Both the position numbers and the translations under genes were made by a program. A DNA stretch of 60,256 bases, counting the filler, from Sphacelaria rigidula (taxonomy: Eukaryota): assembly GCA_964200075.2 (NCBI GenBank). It is 8 parts of 8 records of this genome, joined end to end, with 100 filler letters (N's around TTAATTAATTAA, not from the genome) between each part and the next. Parts side by side here need not be neighbours in the genome. Positions count along the whole stretch, not along the records: positions 22,636 to 30,080 come from CAXNAA020014890.1; positions 30,181 to 37,624 come from CAXNAA020014891.1; 6 more parts are not named here. One strand, written 5' to 3'. The notes beneath the pieces were generated by a model. The model saw nothing but the letters and a program-made list of their open reading frames with translations. It did no database searches and was not told the DNA's origin. Of this stretch, positions 24,240 to 34,363 are shown piece after piece (position 1 is the stretch's first letter; every line of letters starts with the position of its first letter).

Positions 24240-24530
24240 TGAAATGCGAATTCCCGAGTCAACTTGTACCCAATCTCGTCACGAATCAAACCTCAGGAAC
24301 AGCCATCAGCTGGGAAATCTAACGCAAAGAAACAGTTTTGAAAACGGTTCGTATGGGATCGAGTTATATCCCACACCGGTATTTTGGTGAAGTGGGGTTT
24401 TCGGGTCGTGCGATTTTTACTCACCATAATATGCATCAAAGACCTAGAGAGCCTCTTGACGTTCTCCCCTGTAACTTCTGTAGAAAAGCCCCGATCACCC
24501 TCACACTTCCACGTAGTTTGGTAAATATGG
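24240..24530 (+). repeat. Diverged dispersed repeat (also ~43900-44190)
   Basis: Shared blocks GCGAATTCC, AAAACGGTT, AAAGACC.AG.GAGCCTC, TGTAGAAAAGC...GATC.CCCTCA.ACTT. Confidence 0.6.
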
Positions 24531-24776
24531 GTGCTACGATAGGGGGGGGGGGTATTTTGGGCCACTTCTTGCACGAAATTCCAAGTCAAATCGTCCTTGG
24601 AAGGAGCAACGGTTGCTCGAACGAGCGTGTTTTAGATAAATAACGCTCGTTCATACCAATTGACGCCGTTTCGAACCAAATACAAGCGCACCGCGAATGT
24701 GGCAGGTCGTTTGACATACTTTTTAGCGTCCTTTTTCGTGCAATCAAATACCCCCCCCCTTATCGTAGGATGACTC
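24531..24776. mobile_element. MITE family B copy (left tip truncated)
   Basis: TGCTACGATAGGGGG ... CCCCTTATCGTAGGATGACTC; body matches 23521-23771. Confidence 0.8.
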
Positions 24777-25525
24777 CGTTGAAAAATATTTCAAAGTTAA
24801 TCCGCTCTATACCGGCTCCCGGGGTCTTGGCGTGAAGACCGCGAGAAGCCGGTAGAGATTCCTTCAAACTGAAAATTCAAACTGGACTCATACTGAGGTA
24901 GTGCAATAAATATTTGTACAAAGTGTCGTCGGCAGCCTAGAACTGCTGATTCCAAACTGTCGATTGAAGCTCAATCCCACAAGGAAAACGTCGGTCGCAT
25001 ATTATCATCAAGTAACTGGAGGGATTCCGCGTACATCTGTCTACTTCAACGTCGGCCAATCGCTCACACAGTTTCTCGAAGCCAGAACCTGAAATTTTGC
25101 ACACGGGTGCTCTAAGATATCTACAAGGAAGGGCTGTATGAATGGGGTTGTTCGCTTTCCCGCTGACGCCCGCTCATGGGACACCGGATATTGGCGAGTA
25201 AACGGAAGATGGAAAGATCCTGTTCACTCAGCCCGTCGAAATTTTATCTCGCAGCACTCGTATGCAAAGTTTCAGGGTCCAAGTACAAAAAACCGCGCGA
25301 GCAATCGCTGCGGAGTGAATCTCGGTCATTCAACCCATACCAGCAGCCTGTAAGAATCGAAACATTCTCGAGAACAAAATGCTAACACACTGTGCGTCCG
25401 TGATGTGTGGGTTTGCTCGTTCTGACAAAATCTATAATATGCAGACTGTACAGTTTCGTGTTGACACCGGATTCTGACAAGTAAGTACAAATCGTTTTAT
25501 TGTGCGTGAAGAAAGAGTGTGAAAA

Positions 25526-25718
25526 GCGTGAGAGGACCGCGTGCTTAGAGGACCGCATCGGAGTTTAAACGTCCCCACGGTTAGAGTTAGGGTTAGGGTT
25601 AGTGTTGGGGTTAGGACCAGGGGCGTGGTCCCTGCAGGGACTGACCCGATTGCTTTTGAGAAACGTCGATCCTGAGGTGTTTATGATGCGGTTCCCTAAG
25701 CACGCGGTCCTCTCACGC
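25526..25718. mobile_element. MITE-like inverted-repeat element with internal TTAGGG tract
   Basis: ~34-bp TIRs GCGTGAGAGGACCGCGTGCTTAG / CTAAGCACGCGGTCCTCTCACGC enclosing GGTTAGAGTTAGGGTTAGGGTTAG; no TSD resolved. Confidence 0.7.
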
Positions 25719-27558
25719 ATTACACGGAGGTCGAAACTGTCCGATATAAATACGAGATGACACAAATTATGGTGATGGATAAATTATTTTGAGGAGGAGC
25801 TGGGTCACATATCACGGCCAGAGAGTGCACTTGCACCTTTTTTTTCTCGAAAATATGACATTCCGATGCTAATAATGGATGTTCTCCCGAGTTTCATCAT
25901 CATAACAAAATCAATCTTCAATGAATGTGTAACATTCATGCCGTGTTGTGATGGCATTTCCAATATAACTAGGTATTCAGGCCGTGTTTTATCAAATTGT
26001 TTTCGGCTCGAAAACGCACTGTGGAATCGAGTTTGCTCGTATTTGATACGTCCACGGCATTCATGTTCTCAACCATCTGAGAAAGGAAATAGCGTGGACG
26101 AATCAGAAGCGAGCGAATTCGGTTCGACCGCACATTTTCAATACTAGAACAATTTGATAAGACACGGCCTTAGTAGCGTATGTTTGAGGAATAATATTCA
26201 CACATGACTTGAAAGAGGGGAGACGACGAGGAAAAACAGTTTAGATATGATAAATAATGTAAAATGAATTTCGACCCTCCGAGGGGCGGGTGGGAGGTGA
26301 CATCGGTGTGCGCGGGATACTGCCCCGTCGGGTACTCTTCGGTGTAGGCAGATCGGATGTTTTGCGCAAAACTGCGAAATACCCCGTGAACATTGACGGC
26401 ACTACTCCAATGTTTCATGGTTGGACCAAGTACGTGCGATGAACATGCATCGCTGTATGTTAACTTAACTGTGGTGGTTAACGAACGTGGACACGGCTTC
26501 CAACATCGCTGGAGCAATCACTGTGCTCAGACAGCAGTCGAGCGTATCTTGATGATGGAAATGAATCAAACGTCTCATTATTATTGGACAACCTTGATGG
26601 TCCTCAGTGGCTCTCAATCCCTAACCAGAGATGAAGTCGGCGTACTATGCTCTACCGAGGAGTAGACGTGGACAGCAGAAAGCTAGCTGTCGGGCGAAAA
26701 TAAAAAATAAGCCGGAAGGAATTCGGAAGGAAATGGGCAAAAGGGAGGCTGCCTTGCCTGCCTAGCTCTTCTTATCTCTCGAATTCTATAACTTGCTGGG
26801 GAAATCACCCGCACGGATTACCCACTCGCTAGGGAAATCACCCATACTAGACTAATCACCCACTATTCTCGAAGTCTCTTTTTCTCGAACAACTCGCATC
26901 CCTGGAACGTGATTCACAATGTCTCGTGTCTACTGGTGAGTCTACCTAATTGGCAGAGTATACAGTGTATACTACGTGTTCCTCAACTTTGTAAGAGGGT
27001 GATTCTCCCTGATCTCGTGATGCAGAACATTCATCTGGAATATACAGGGTTTAATGTATCATTTTCAACTGAAAATATCGCTGGTTTGGTTGGAAGGCTG
27101 GTATTGTGTGGTGCTGTCTCACTAGACAGTATTACAGGGAATGCACTGTGGCGGTGAAGCTCACTTGCGTGTTCAGCAACGAATGGAAGTCAGATGGTTG
27201 TCACTGACGCTATTCTGGCAAATCAGAATAAAACGCACAGTGTCGTTCCGAGTCAAGGAGCTAAAGGAGAGCTGGGAGACGGAGAGCAGCAGGGGATCGA
27301 GATCATCGAACTCAACCTGCGATCACTCGATGAACCAAACTTCATCCTGGGTTTCAAGGGGCACGTATAGGTAAAACCAGATTGAATCATCTGACTCGAA
27401 ACATGCCGCTGACGCGTTAGCCTTGCTAATTCTTGAACCAGATCTGCCGTACGCCACGTTTGTTACCTCACTACCGTATCCGTAGATGTATTGAACCATG
27501 GCGGCATACTTTCCACCAAAGTTTCCCGCGTAACGCGTTGCCTGAATGGAAGACTATT

Positions 27559-27657
27559 TTACACGCAATCAGGGAGATACACAACCATAAAGGGATACGT
27601 GATACATGGTTCATCAGTTTGTTGAACCGCCACAGGTTGTACCGCAACCGCAACTTG
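27559..27657 (-). CDS. Candidate terminal exon of the Asteroid-like gene
   Basis: TTTACAG acceptor, phase 0 with the donor at 28131; QVAVAVQPVAVQQTDEPCITYPFMVVYLPDCV-stop. Confidence 0.4.
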   Translation of the reverse strand, partial: QVAVAVQPVAVQQTDEPCITYPFMVVYLPDCV

Positions 27658-27711
27658 CTGTAAAGTCGACATTGACACGAAGATACAAATACAGGCTGCA
27701 TTGTGTGAAGT

Positions 27712-28110
27712 GAGTCACGCCTCGATAGGGGGGGGGGGGGGGGATTCCACGAAAAAATGGGCTCATAAATGCTTGAGACGACCTAAGACACTCATGGTGC
27801 GCTTGTATTTCGGTAAAAATGGTGTCAAGCGGTATGAATGAGCATTATTCATCGGAAGGAAGCACGCTTGAACAACCGTTGCTGCTATTGACGACAATTT
27901 TAAGTAGAATTTCGTGGAAGAAAACGGCCCAAAATAACAAACAAGAACACATCAACCCCGCCCCCACCCACCCACCCCCACACACCCCACCAAACNNNNN
28001 NNNNNCGCATTACGTGCTCCTTATATCCATTCCACGATTTTAAGTCGACACACAAAAACGAACCCACACCCCCCCCCCCCCCCCCCCCCCCTCCTATCGC
28101 AGCATGACTC
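27712..28110. mobile_element. MITE family B copy in the intron of the Asteroid-like gene
   Basis: GAGTCACGCCTCGATAGGGG ... CCTATCGCAGCATGACTC; flanks AAGT / AATT; contains a short N gap, so it may be composite. Confidence 0.75.
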
Positions 28111-28131
28111 AATTCGCAACAGAGTTCTCAC

Positions 28132-29820
28132 CTGGATGGGTGCTGGGTATGCTGGGTGTCCACTGACGACCGGGAGCTTGTGTTCCTCGATCGCCTTTTT
28201 GAAAGCGGCGACATGTTGTTCTTCGTTGGTTGCCGATACCTGTCGAAGCCCCGCACACACGGCCCGAGCACAGACCTCGACGTCGAGCTTGCCGTTGGGG
28301 CGGCAATTGCTCTGCTTGATGAGCTGGGCGGTCTTGCGTAGAATGATATTCTGATGTGACTTGATGCTGCTTACTCCGAAACCGAGAGAAGGGTACCTTC
28401 CCACACCACACGCAGAACGCTTCTGCTTCTCGTGAACCTCCATCAATCCCCACATGGCATCCTCGAAAGTGCCGTAATACTTTGTCGCCTCTTCGGATGC
28501 CTTCACGGCACCATACTTGATCAGGGCATGTGTCTCAATCTTGAACGCGATTGACTTCGAGTGCTTGTAATAGCAGCCCGGTCGGGTACATCTGCCGTAA
28601 CCCTGCTCAGACCTGCAAAACATCCGGCCGGCGGCGGGATGCTCTTTTGGGCAAGTAGCCATTTGGCAGTATTTCCCGTAACGACACGCCCTGGTGTCAT
28701 GGTGCCCCCCCCTCTTCTTCCGCGAGGCCTCCTGCAGCTCGTGAACAAGGGTGGGCTTCAGCGCTTTGAAGCTTTTAATGATTTCTGGGTCTTCGAAGTG
28801 CTTCTTCAGTACGGCGGATTTCAGTCGAATTGTGAAGTCATAAACCCCACGATCAAATGCGGCGAGGTCCCCACCTAGGCACGCTGCCAAGACGGGAAGG
28901 AGATCAGCCTCTACATCAAAGGCGCCCGCAATGTCAACAACAGTGCAACACGTGATTCGGAATGAACTCGAGGAACACGACCAGAGCGCGCCCCTTGAAT
29001 CATTTGCGGGTTGTCGATTACCCCTGCCACTCTTCGAAGTATTTGGGTGACTCCAGCGCTGGTCAGTGGCCATATGCCCTTGCCTCCGAGCGCCTGCGTT
29101 GAAATCGCTCTCAAATGAAAGGAGTGCTACGCTTATATCGGGAGACATATCACCGAAAAAGAGGAGGTCTGTGTCGGCGGTGACGATGAAGCAGTCCCGT
29201 TCTCCGTTGTGTTCACTTCTCATCTTCTCTGCCTGTGTCACCACCTCCCCGTCTGCGCAATTGGCGGGTGCTTCCACCACACGCACCTGATTACCCAGAG
29301 TCGACCTCGCAGCGACGTTTTCAAAAGCATGCACCACGGCGCACATCTCGAACACGAACTTAGGCTCGCGCAAGTCACGAGCCATGTCAACAGTGCGTCT
29401 GTTGCTGTCTCTCTCTTCAGTGCAAGCGACCATTGCGTCTGCGGCGGCACAGCGCCAGTGCAGTTTGTCGTAGTGATCTTGGCCGATAGCGTTTGGCTTG
29501 TCGTTTACACCGGCGTCTCTCACCAATACCAAATCGCACTGGTAGTCAAGCACGAGCTTCTCAATCCAATCCTCGGCACCTGAGCGGAAGCGAGTAGCCC
29601 AGCCTCCGCGCTCAACGTCGTACGACTCGTTCTGCAACTCCCTACCGATGAGAATCGGGAGCGTTGCATCGTCGAACACCAGACATGGTCCACGGCGCGC
29701 ACCACCACCACCGTCGGAACTACCCAGTACTTCTCGCGGCTGAGGGCTGTATTTCTTTGTGGTCTTTCTGAAGACGTTGTGCTTGTCGTTCAAGTAGGAC
29801 ATAATACCGGGAATGCCCAT
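28132..29820 (-). CDS. Asteroid/ASTE1-FAM120-like PIN (FEN1/XPG-type) protein with two C-terminal CCCH zinc fingers; main exon of 563 codons
   Basis: Start MGIPGIMSYL (MGI/VxG signature of the FEN1/XPG superfamily), then LVFDD, GG-W, LVRDAG, CADGEV, FIVTADTDLLFF and LLPVLAACLGGDL (H3TH-like). Zinc fingers: CRYGKYCQMATCPKEH and CRSEQGYGRCTRPGCYYKH. Ends at a CAG|GTGAGA donor. Confidence 0.8.
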
Positions 29821-30080
29821 CTTGCTGCTCGTGCACTGTGCACAAAACTCCTGCTGGCAGATGCGAGTGTTGAGGGAGTGCGTGTCCGGCGCGGGGTAAG
29901 GGTGTGATGCGTGAGGGGATCGCGGGCTTAGAGGACGGCATCGCAGTTTCAAACACCTAGGGATCGACTTTTTTTCGAAAACAATTTTGCCAGCCCCTAA
30001 AGGAACCAACGCCCCCCGACCCAACATCCTCGGACGAACCTACAGCGATAAAGAAGCGAACCAACGGAGGAGGAGAACAA

Positions 30081-30180
30081 NNNNNNNNNNNNNNNNNNNN
30101 NNNNNNNNNNNNNNNNNNNNNNNNTTAATTAATTAANNNNNNNNNNNNNNNNNNNNNNNNNNNNNNNNNNNNNNNNNNNN
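30081..30180. other. Artificial contig spacer
   Basis: 44 N + TTAATTAATTAA + 44 N. Confidence 0.99.
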
Positions 30181-30250
30181 GTGGGGAAAGCACTGTTTCA
30201 GGCTTGAACCTCATGTCGGAGTTAAACCACAATTCGCACAATTTGTTGTT
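30181..30250 (+). repeat. ~70-bp repeat, inverted copy at the other end of the same contig (37555-37624)
   Basis: GTGGGGAAAGCACTGTTT.AGGCTTGAACCTCAT.TCGGAGTTAAACC.CAAT.CGCACAATTTGTTGTT, four mismatches between the copies. Confidence 0.9.
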
Positions 30251-30405
30251 ATACGATGAGCATGACTCGTGTGCTCGAGTCATACTTATTTTACAACGAG
30301 CAATGATTCGTGTGCTCAAGCCATTACGTTTTTTTACAAGGAGCAATGACTCGTGCGCTCGAGTCCTCGGAGAGTTTCAGAAGATGTTTTTTTTATCATA
30401 GAGTC

Positions 30406-30658
30406 TTTGACGCCAGCTCGTGGAAGCACTGCTGGTTCACTGGCGTTGAGGGACTCCCCAGTCTTACTGGCCTCAGTTTCAGTTGTCAGCCTTTACAACA
30501 TTCTCATTATTCAGGAGTTCCCTTCCAAGGCACCCACCTAGACACGCCAGAGTATCAATCTAGTGTCCCCAGTCATTATCCTGATCATCGCTACCAACGG
30601 TCATTATCCATATCGCCACTACCAACTCAACGTAACGTAACGGCGTATTTTCGTCACA
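30406..30658 (-). repeat. 3' LTR of the Gypsy element
   Basis: Roughly 90% similar by eye to 34113-34363; begins TGTGACG on the minus strand after a CTTTGGGGCGC PPT-like tract. Confidence 0.88.
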
Positions 30659-31835
30659 GCGCCCCAAAGCGCGTTGGACGAAAATCGATCAACAAGCTTG
30701 ACACATAGGAAACGCCAAAACGACGAGTAAGTCACGATTGAATACCAAACTTACGCGTAATGCGAGCAGCAACGGCACGAGTCACGCACATTTACGCAAC
30801 TCCTTCATATGAAATTCCGGAGCGGCCTAAACAAATGTCCTTGAAAGGCTCCCGCGTGCGCTCCTCAACTTCGAGACCAACCCAGTCGACCAACACGATC
30901 AACGCACGATCATCTGCTTCTGCCACTCGGACAATACCAGCCATTCGAAGTACCCCTGATTGAAAGCATGCCTGAACACGTCCTTAACGTCAGCCGTAAC
31001 ATTAAGCTGCGAGTTTGCATAAGCATGCAAACGAGCTACATGGGCGGTCTGAACACGACCCGAAACAATGATTTGAATCTCAAACACGTGCGGGTGATGA
31101 GCAACAACCACTCTCCATGGACCAGTCCAAGTCGCCATCAACTTGGGCGTAACACCCGAACGACGCACGCGTGCATATAAGACATAGTCGCCTACCTGAA
31201 AATTGGGCAATGCCAGCCCCGACGAGGACCCCTCACGTCTACGCGCACGTTCAGCGGCAACACGTTCCTGCACCTGAACGTGGAAACGTTCTTGCAAGTC
31301 CAAGACTTCTTGCAATGCACGATTAATTTGAACATCGTCCAGAACATCACACTTCCATTCCCCAGCCGTCGAAGACGCCAGCACCGAAAAAGACACCCGA
31401 GGAGCACGACCAAGCATCACATGGTACGGCGTACTATCGTAACGACGACGATACGCTGCATTAAGCGCCCATTGCATCGCCGGCAACACGTCCACCCACT
31501 CTGAAACCGCTCTACGCTGCTCGAGAAGAACTGAGCGAAGAGCACGAACTACCTCCTTGACCATGCGTTCGCACGTACTGTTAGATCACGGAAAACTCGC
31601 TACCGCAAACCGGGGATCAACGCGCAAAGCCTCTCGCATTCGGGCCAAGATCGCATTCTTGAAATGCGTGGCGGTATCACTCAGCCACACACGCGGCACC
31701 CCCAAAGGTTTGCACCAATTCAGCAAAGATGCAGCGGTCGATTCAGCAGTACACACTGCTACTGGTTCCAGAGACACAAAGTTGTTCAAATAACCCATGA
31801 TTACCAAAATGTATCGAAACCCAGCATTCTCCGAC

Positions 31836-32088
31836 GACACTTTCTACGATAGCCCCCCCCCCCTAAAGTGCATGGGTTTTGGAGGCAAAATCTTCACGTA
31901 GGTCGAAATGGGAAACGCGGGGCACAACGAGAAGCTGGGAATTCTCATGCTTGGGTTCGTTCTAGCCAATGTCGCCAATATGAGGCGCTTCATGCAGCCT
32001 GAACCCGAACATCAGGCGCTGTATGGCCATTTTTTCGTGACACTTTTAGCTGTTTTTTTTTTGGGGGGGGGCTATCGTAGAAAGTGTC
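31836..32088. mobile_element. MITE family A nested in the Gypsy integrase, 4-bp TSD CGAC
   Basis: TIRs GACACTTTCTACGATAGCCCCCCCC; CGAC at 31832-31835 and 32089-32092. Confidence 0.92.
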
Positions 32089-34112
32089 CGACAAATCTTG
32101 GGAAGCTAGCAGGTCATTCTCGCTCACCTACAAGAAGTCGAAATGAACGGCTTCATTCGGCGTGGTTCCATGGACCGTTTCGCCGAGCGGGCGGGGAACA
32201 ACATCGCCCGTCCTCGAGTCAGCACAGTGAAGACACTGACGGACAAATTCGCGCACAAGAGTTTCTATCCCCTGCCAGACACGAAACTCTTGCAAGCGCA
32301 CGAGCGTCAAAGCCACACCGCCCGGCGTCGCGAATGTGCGCGCAAACAATCAGACGTGCCTGCAGCTCCTTGTCAGAAGTTGGAATCTACAAAACATTTC
32401 GGCCACCTCCGGGCCGCGCTCTACCGAGCGTTCCACCGCCGCATCCCGCTCTTCGGTCACCTGCCCTCCAGCCTCCTGAAAAGCATCCACCGACAAGCTC
32501 ACGCGACGACTACCCAAAACGGCGGGCGTCTCCAAGCGTGGACCAGGCGGAGACAGCCACGTCCTCATGGAGTCCCACAACCGCCGAGCGTTGACTCCAA
32601 TATCCTCAAGCATCGGCAACCCCAGAAAAATAACGCCATCCGACCCCGGCATGATCGCAAACGAAATCGGAGGCCACTGCGCCGGCCCAGGATATCGTGA
32701 GAGTCAGTTGCAGCGGAACAGTACGCTCTTTGACGTAAACACGCTGACTCGACGCGGTGACGGCCTGCCGCGCCACAAGCGAAGACGGAATGCGCAGCGG
32801 CACACCCGGGAGAAGACGCTCCAACATCTCTACAATCTGTACCGACAGACTCACATGACCCGGCCAGTGGGGGCCATACTCCCACTTAGCCTGAACTGCA
32901 ATGGCTCCACGCTCCCGTTGATTTGGAAGACACAGCTCCGCAGGAACGTACCTGTCCGCAAACTCCACTGGTAGTTAATTGGACGACCGATGCGCTGCTA
33001 ATCCCACTTGACGCCACGGCTGCGCAAGCTGCGCAGGCGACGACGCCCCGGCAGGCTCAAACAGCACCGGCGGCGGGTATGACACCCAGCTAGAAGACCA
33101 AGAATTTGGCGAACCTCCGGCCAGCGCGTCAGCAGGCGTCCCGCCTGGCGCTGCCGCCGGTGTCGCCGCCGGCGCCAGTAGGGACGCCGGCGCAGTGTTC
33201 GACACTGTATAAGTCGGTCCCAGCTGCACCGCCCGTTGCGGAGCAGCAGCACCTACAGGGGCGCCGGACCCTGAACCAGACCCATGCCGGCGCCGCTGCC
33301 CCTGCTGCTGCTGCTGAGGATTCGACTGCGACCCTCCACCGCCGGAGGATCCGCCGCCGCCACCACGATTACCTCGTATGTTCTCCTTGTGCTGACGATG
33401 CTCATGGCGCGCGGCATGAGGGTGCCCAGACTTTCCACCGGAAGACGTTGGGCAATCGCGCGCGTAATGGCCGACCTGGCCACAACAGTGGCAAGTGCCC
33501 GCCGCATGCCCAGCACGCTTTCTGATCGTCGCAACCAATTGCGACGGGGTGATCGTGACTTTTTAATGCTCCAAACGAGCAAGCACTCTCTGCACATAAG
33601 TTGGCACTTGTTGAACCATTGGCACCACCTGATTGCGTACAGCACCCCCTGCGTTTGCGTGCTTCACACGCTTGTTGTACTGGAAGTACTTCGCAAAAAA
33701 GGTGCGAGATGCACTCTCTGAGTACCTATCCCCGTGATGGGGAGGTCGCAATTTTTCCCGCATGATCACGGGTGTCACGGTGGACGTACCTCGTGAGCCA
33801 GTAGCCATAGCTGTAGCTGTAACCGGCTACCTGCAAACCTCTGCAAGCCAGCGGATCTTCTCGAATTGCACTTTCCTTGCTTCGTCGCCGCACCACACAG
33901 TCGTAATAGCCTCCAAACTCCCGCTGCACGCAGCTTCAGCAAGTCTCCAGTCTGAAGCCATCACAGGCCAGCCGCGTTTCTGCAGCCACCACCAGCTCGA
34001 ACCCCTGTCACGCATCCGTGATGTCAAGTTGTCCCCAGCTGCCAGATTCACTTCGCCAAAATCCTTTCCAGCAGGTCTCTAGCACTAACACTGGCAGTAG
34101 CATTAATATCGA

Positions 34113-34363
34113 TGTTATGACGCCAGCCAGTGGAAGCACTGCTGGATCACTGCTGTTGAGGGACTCCCCAGTCTTACTGGCCTCAGTTTCAGTTGTCAGC
34201 CTTTACAATATTCTCATTATTCAGGAATGCCCTTCCGAGACACCCACCTAGACACGCGAAAGTATCAACCTAGTGTCCCCGGTCATTATCCAGATCATCG
34301 CTACCAACGGTCATTATCCATGTCGTCACTACCAACTTAACGTAACGGCTTATTTTCGTCACA
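34113..34363 (-). repeat. 5' LTR of the Gypsy element
   Basis: TGTGACG...CGTCATAACA (TG...CA) on the minus strand. Confidence 0.9.

Larger units (their letters stand above)
30406..34363 (-). mobile_element. Ty3/Gypsy LTR retrotransposon, internally deleted (gag, PR and IN remnants; no RT/RNase H)
   Basis: Paired ~250-bp LTRs, candidate TSD AGTC; gag zinc knuckle CHCCGQVGHYARDC (~33460-33500); protease-like region ~32400-32970; integrase motifs CLHC..PRP..VHFDFL, DTATHFKN and WTGPWRVV at ~30900-32350. Confidence 0.92.

Noticed and set aside
28021-30027. Full 668-aa ORF as the protein
   Set aside because: The first 69 codons precede the family-typical MGIPG start, and the C-terminal tail reads through a splice donor into a MITE.
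30256-30365. CRISPR-like repeats ACAACGAGCAATGACTCG.GTGCTC (also 35400-35515)
   Set aside because: Only three degenerate units per site, short spacers that resemble each other, eukaryotic context and no cas genes; better read as a minisatellite or TE sub-terminal repeat.
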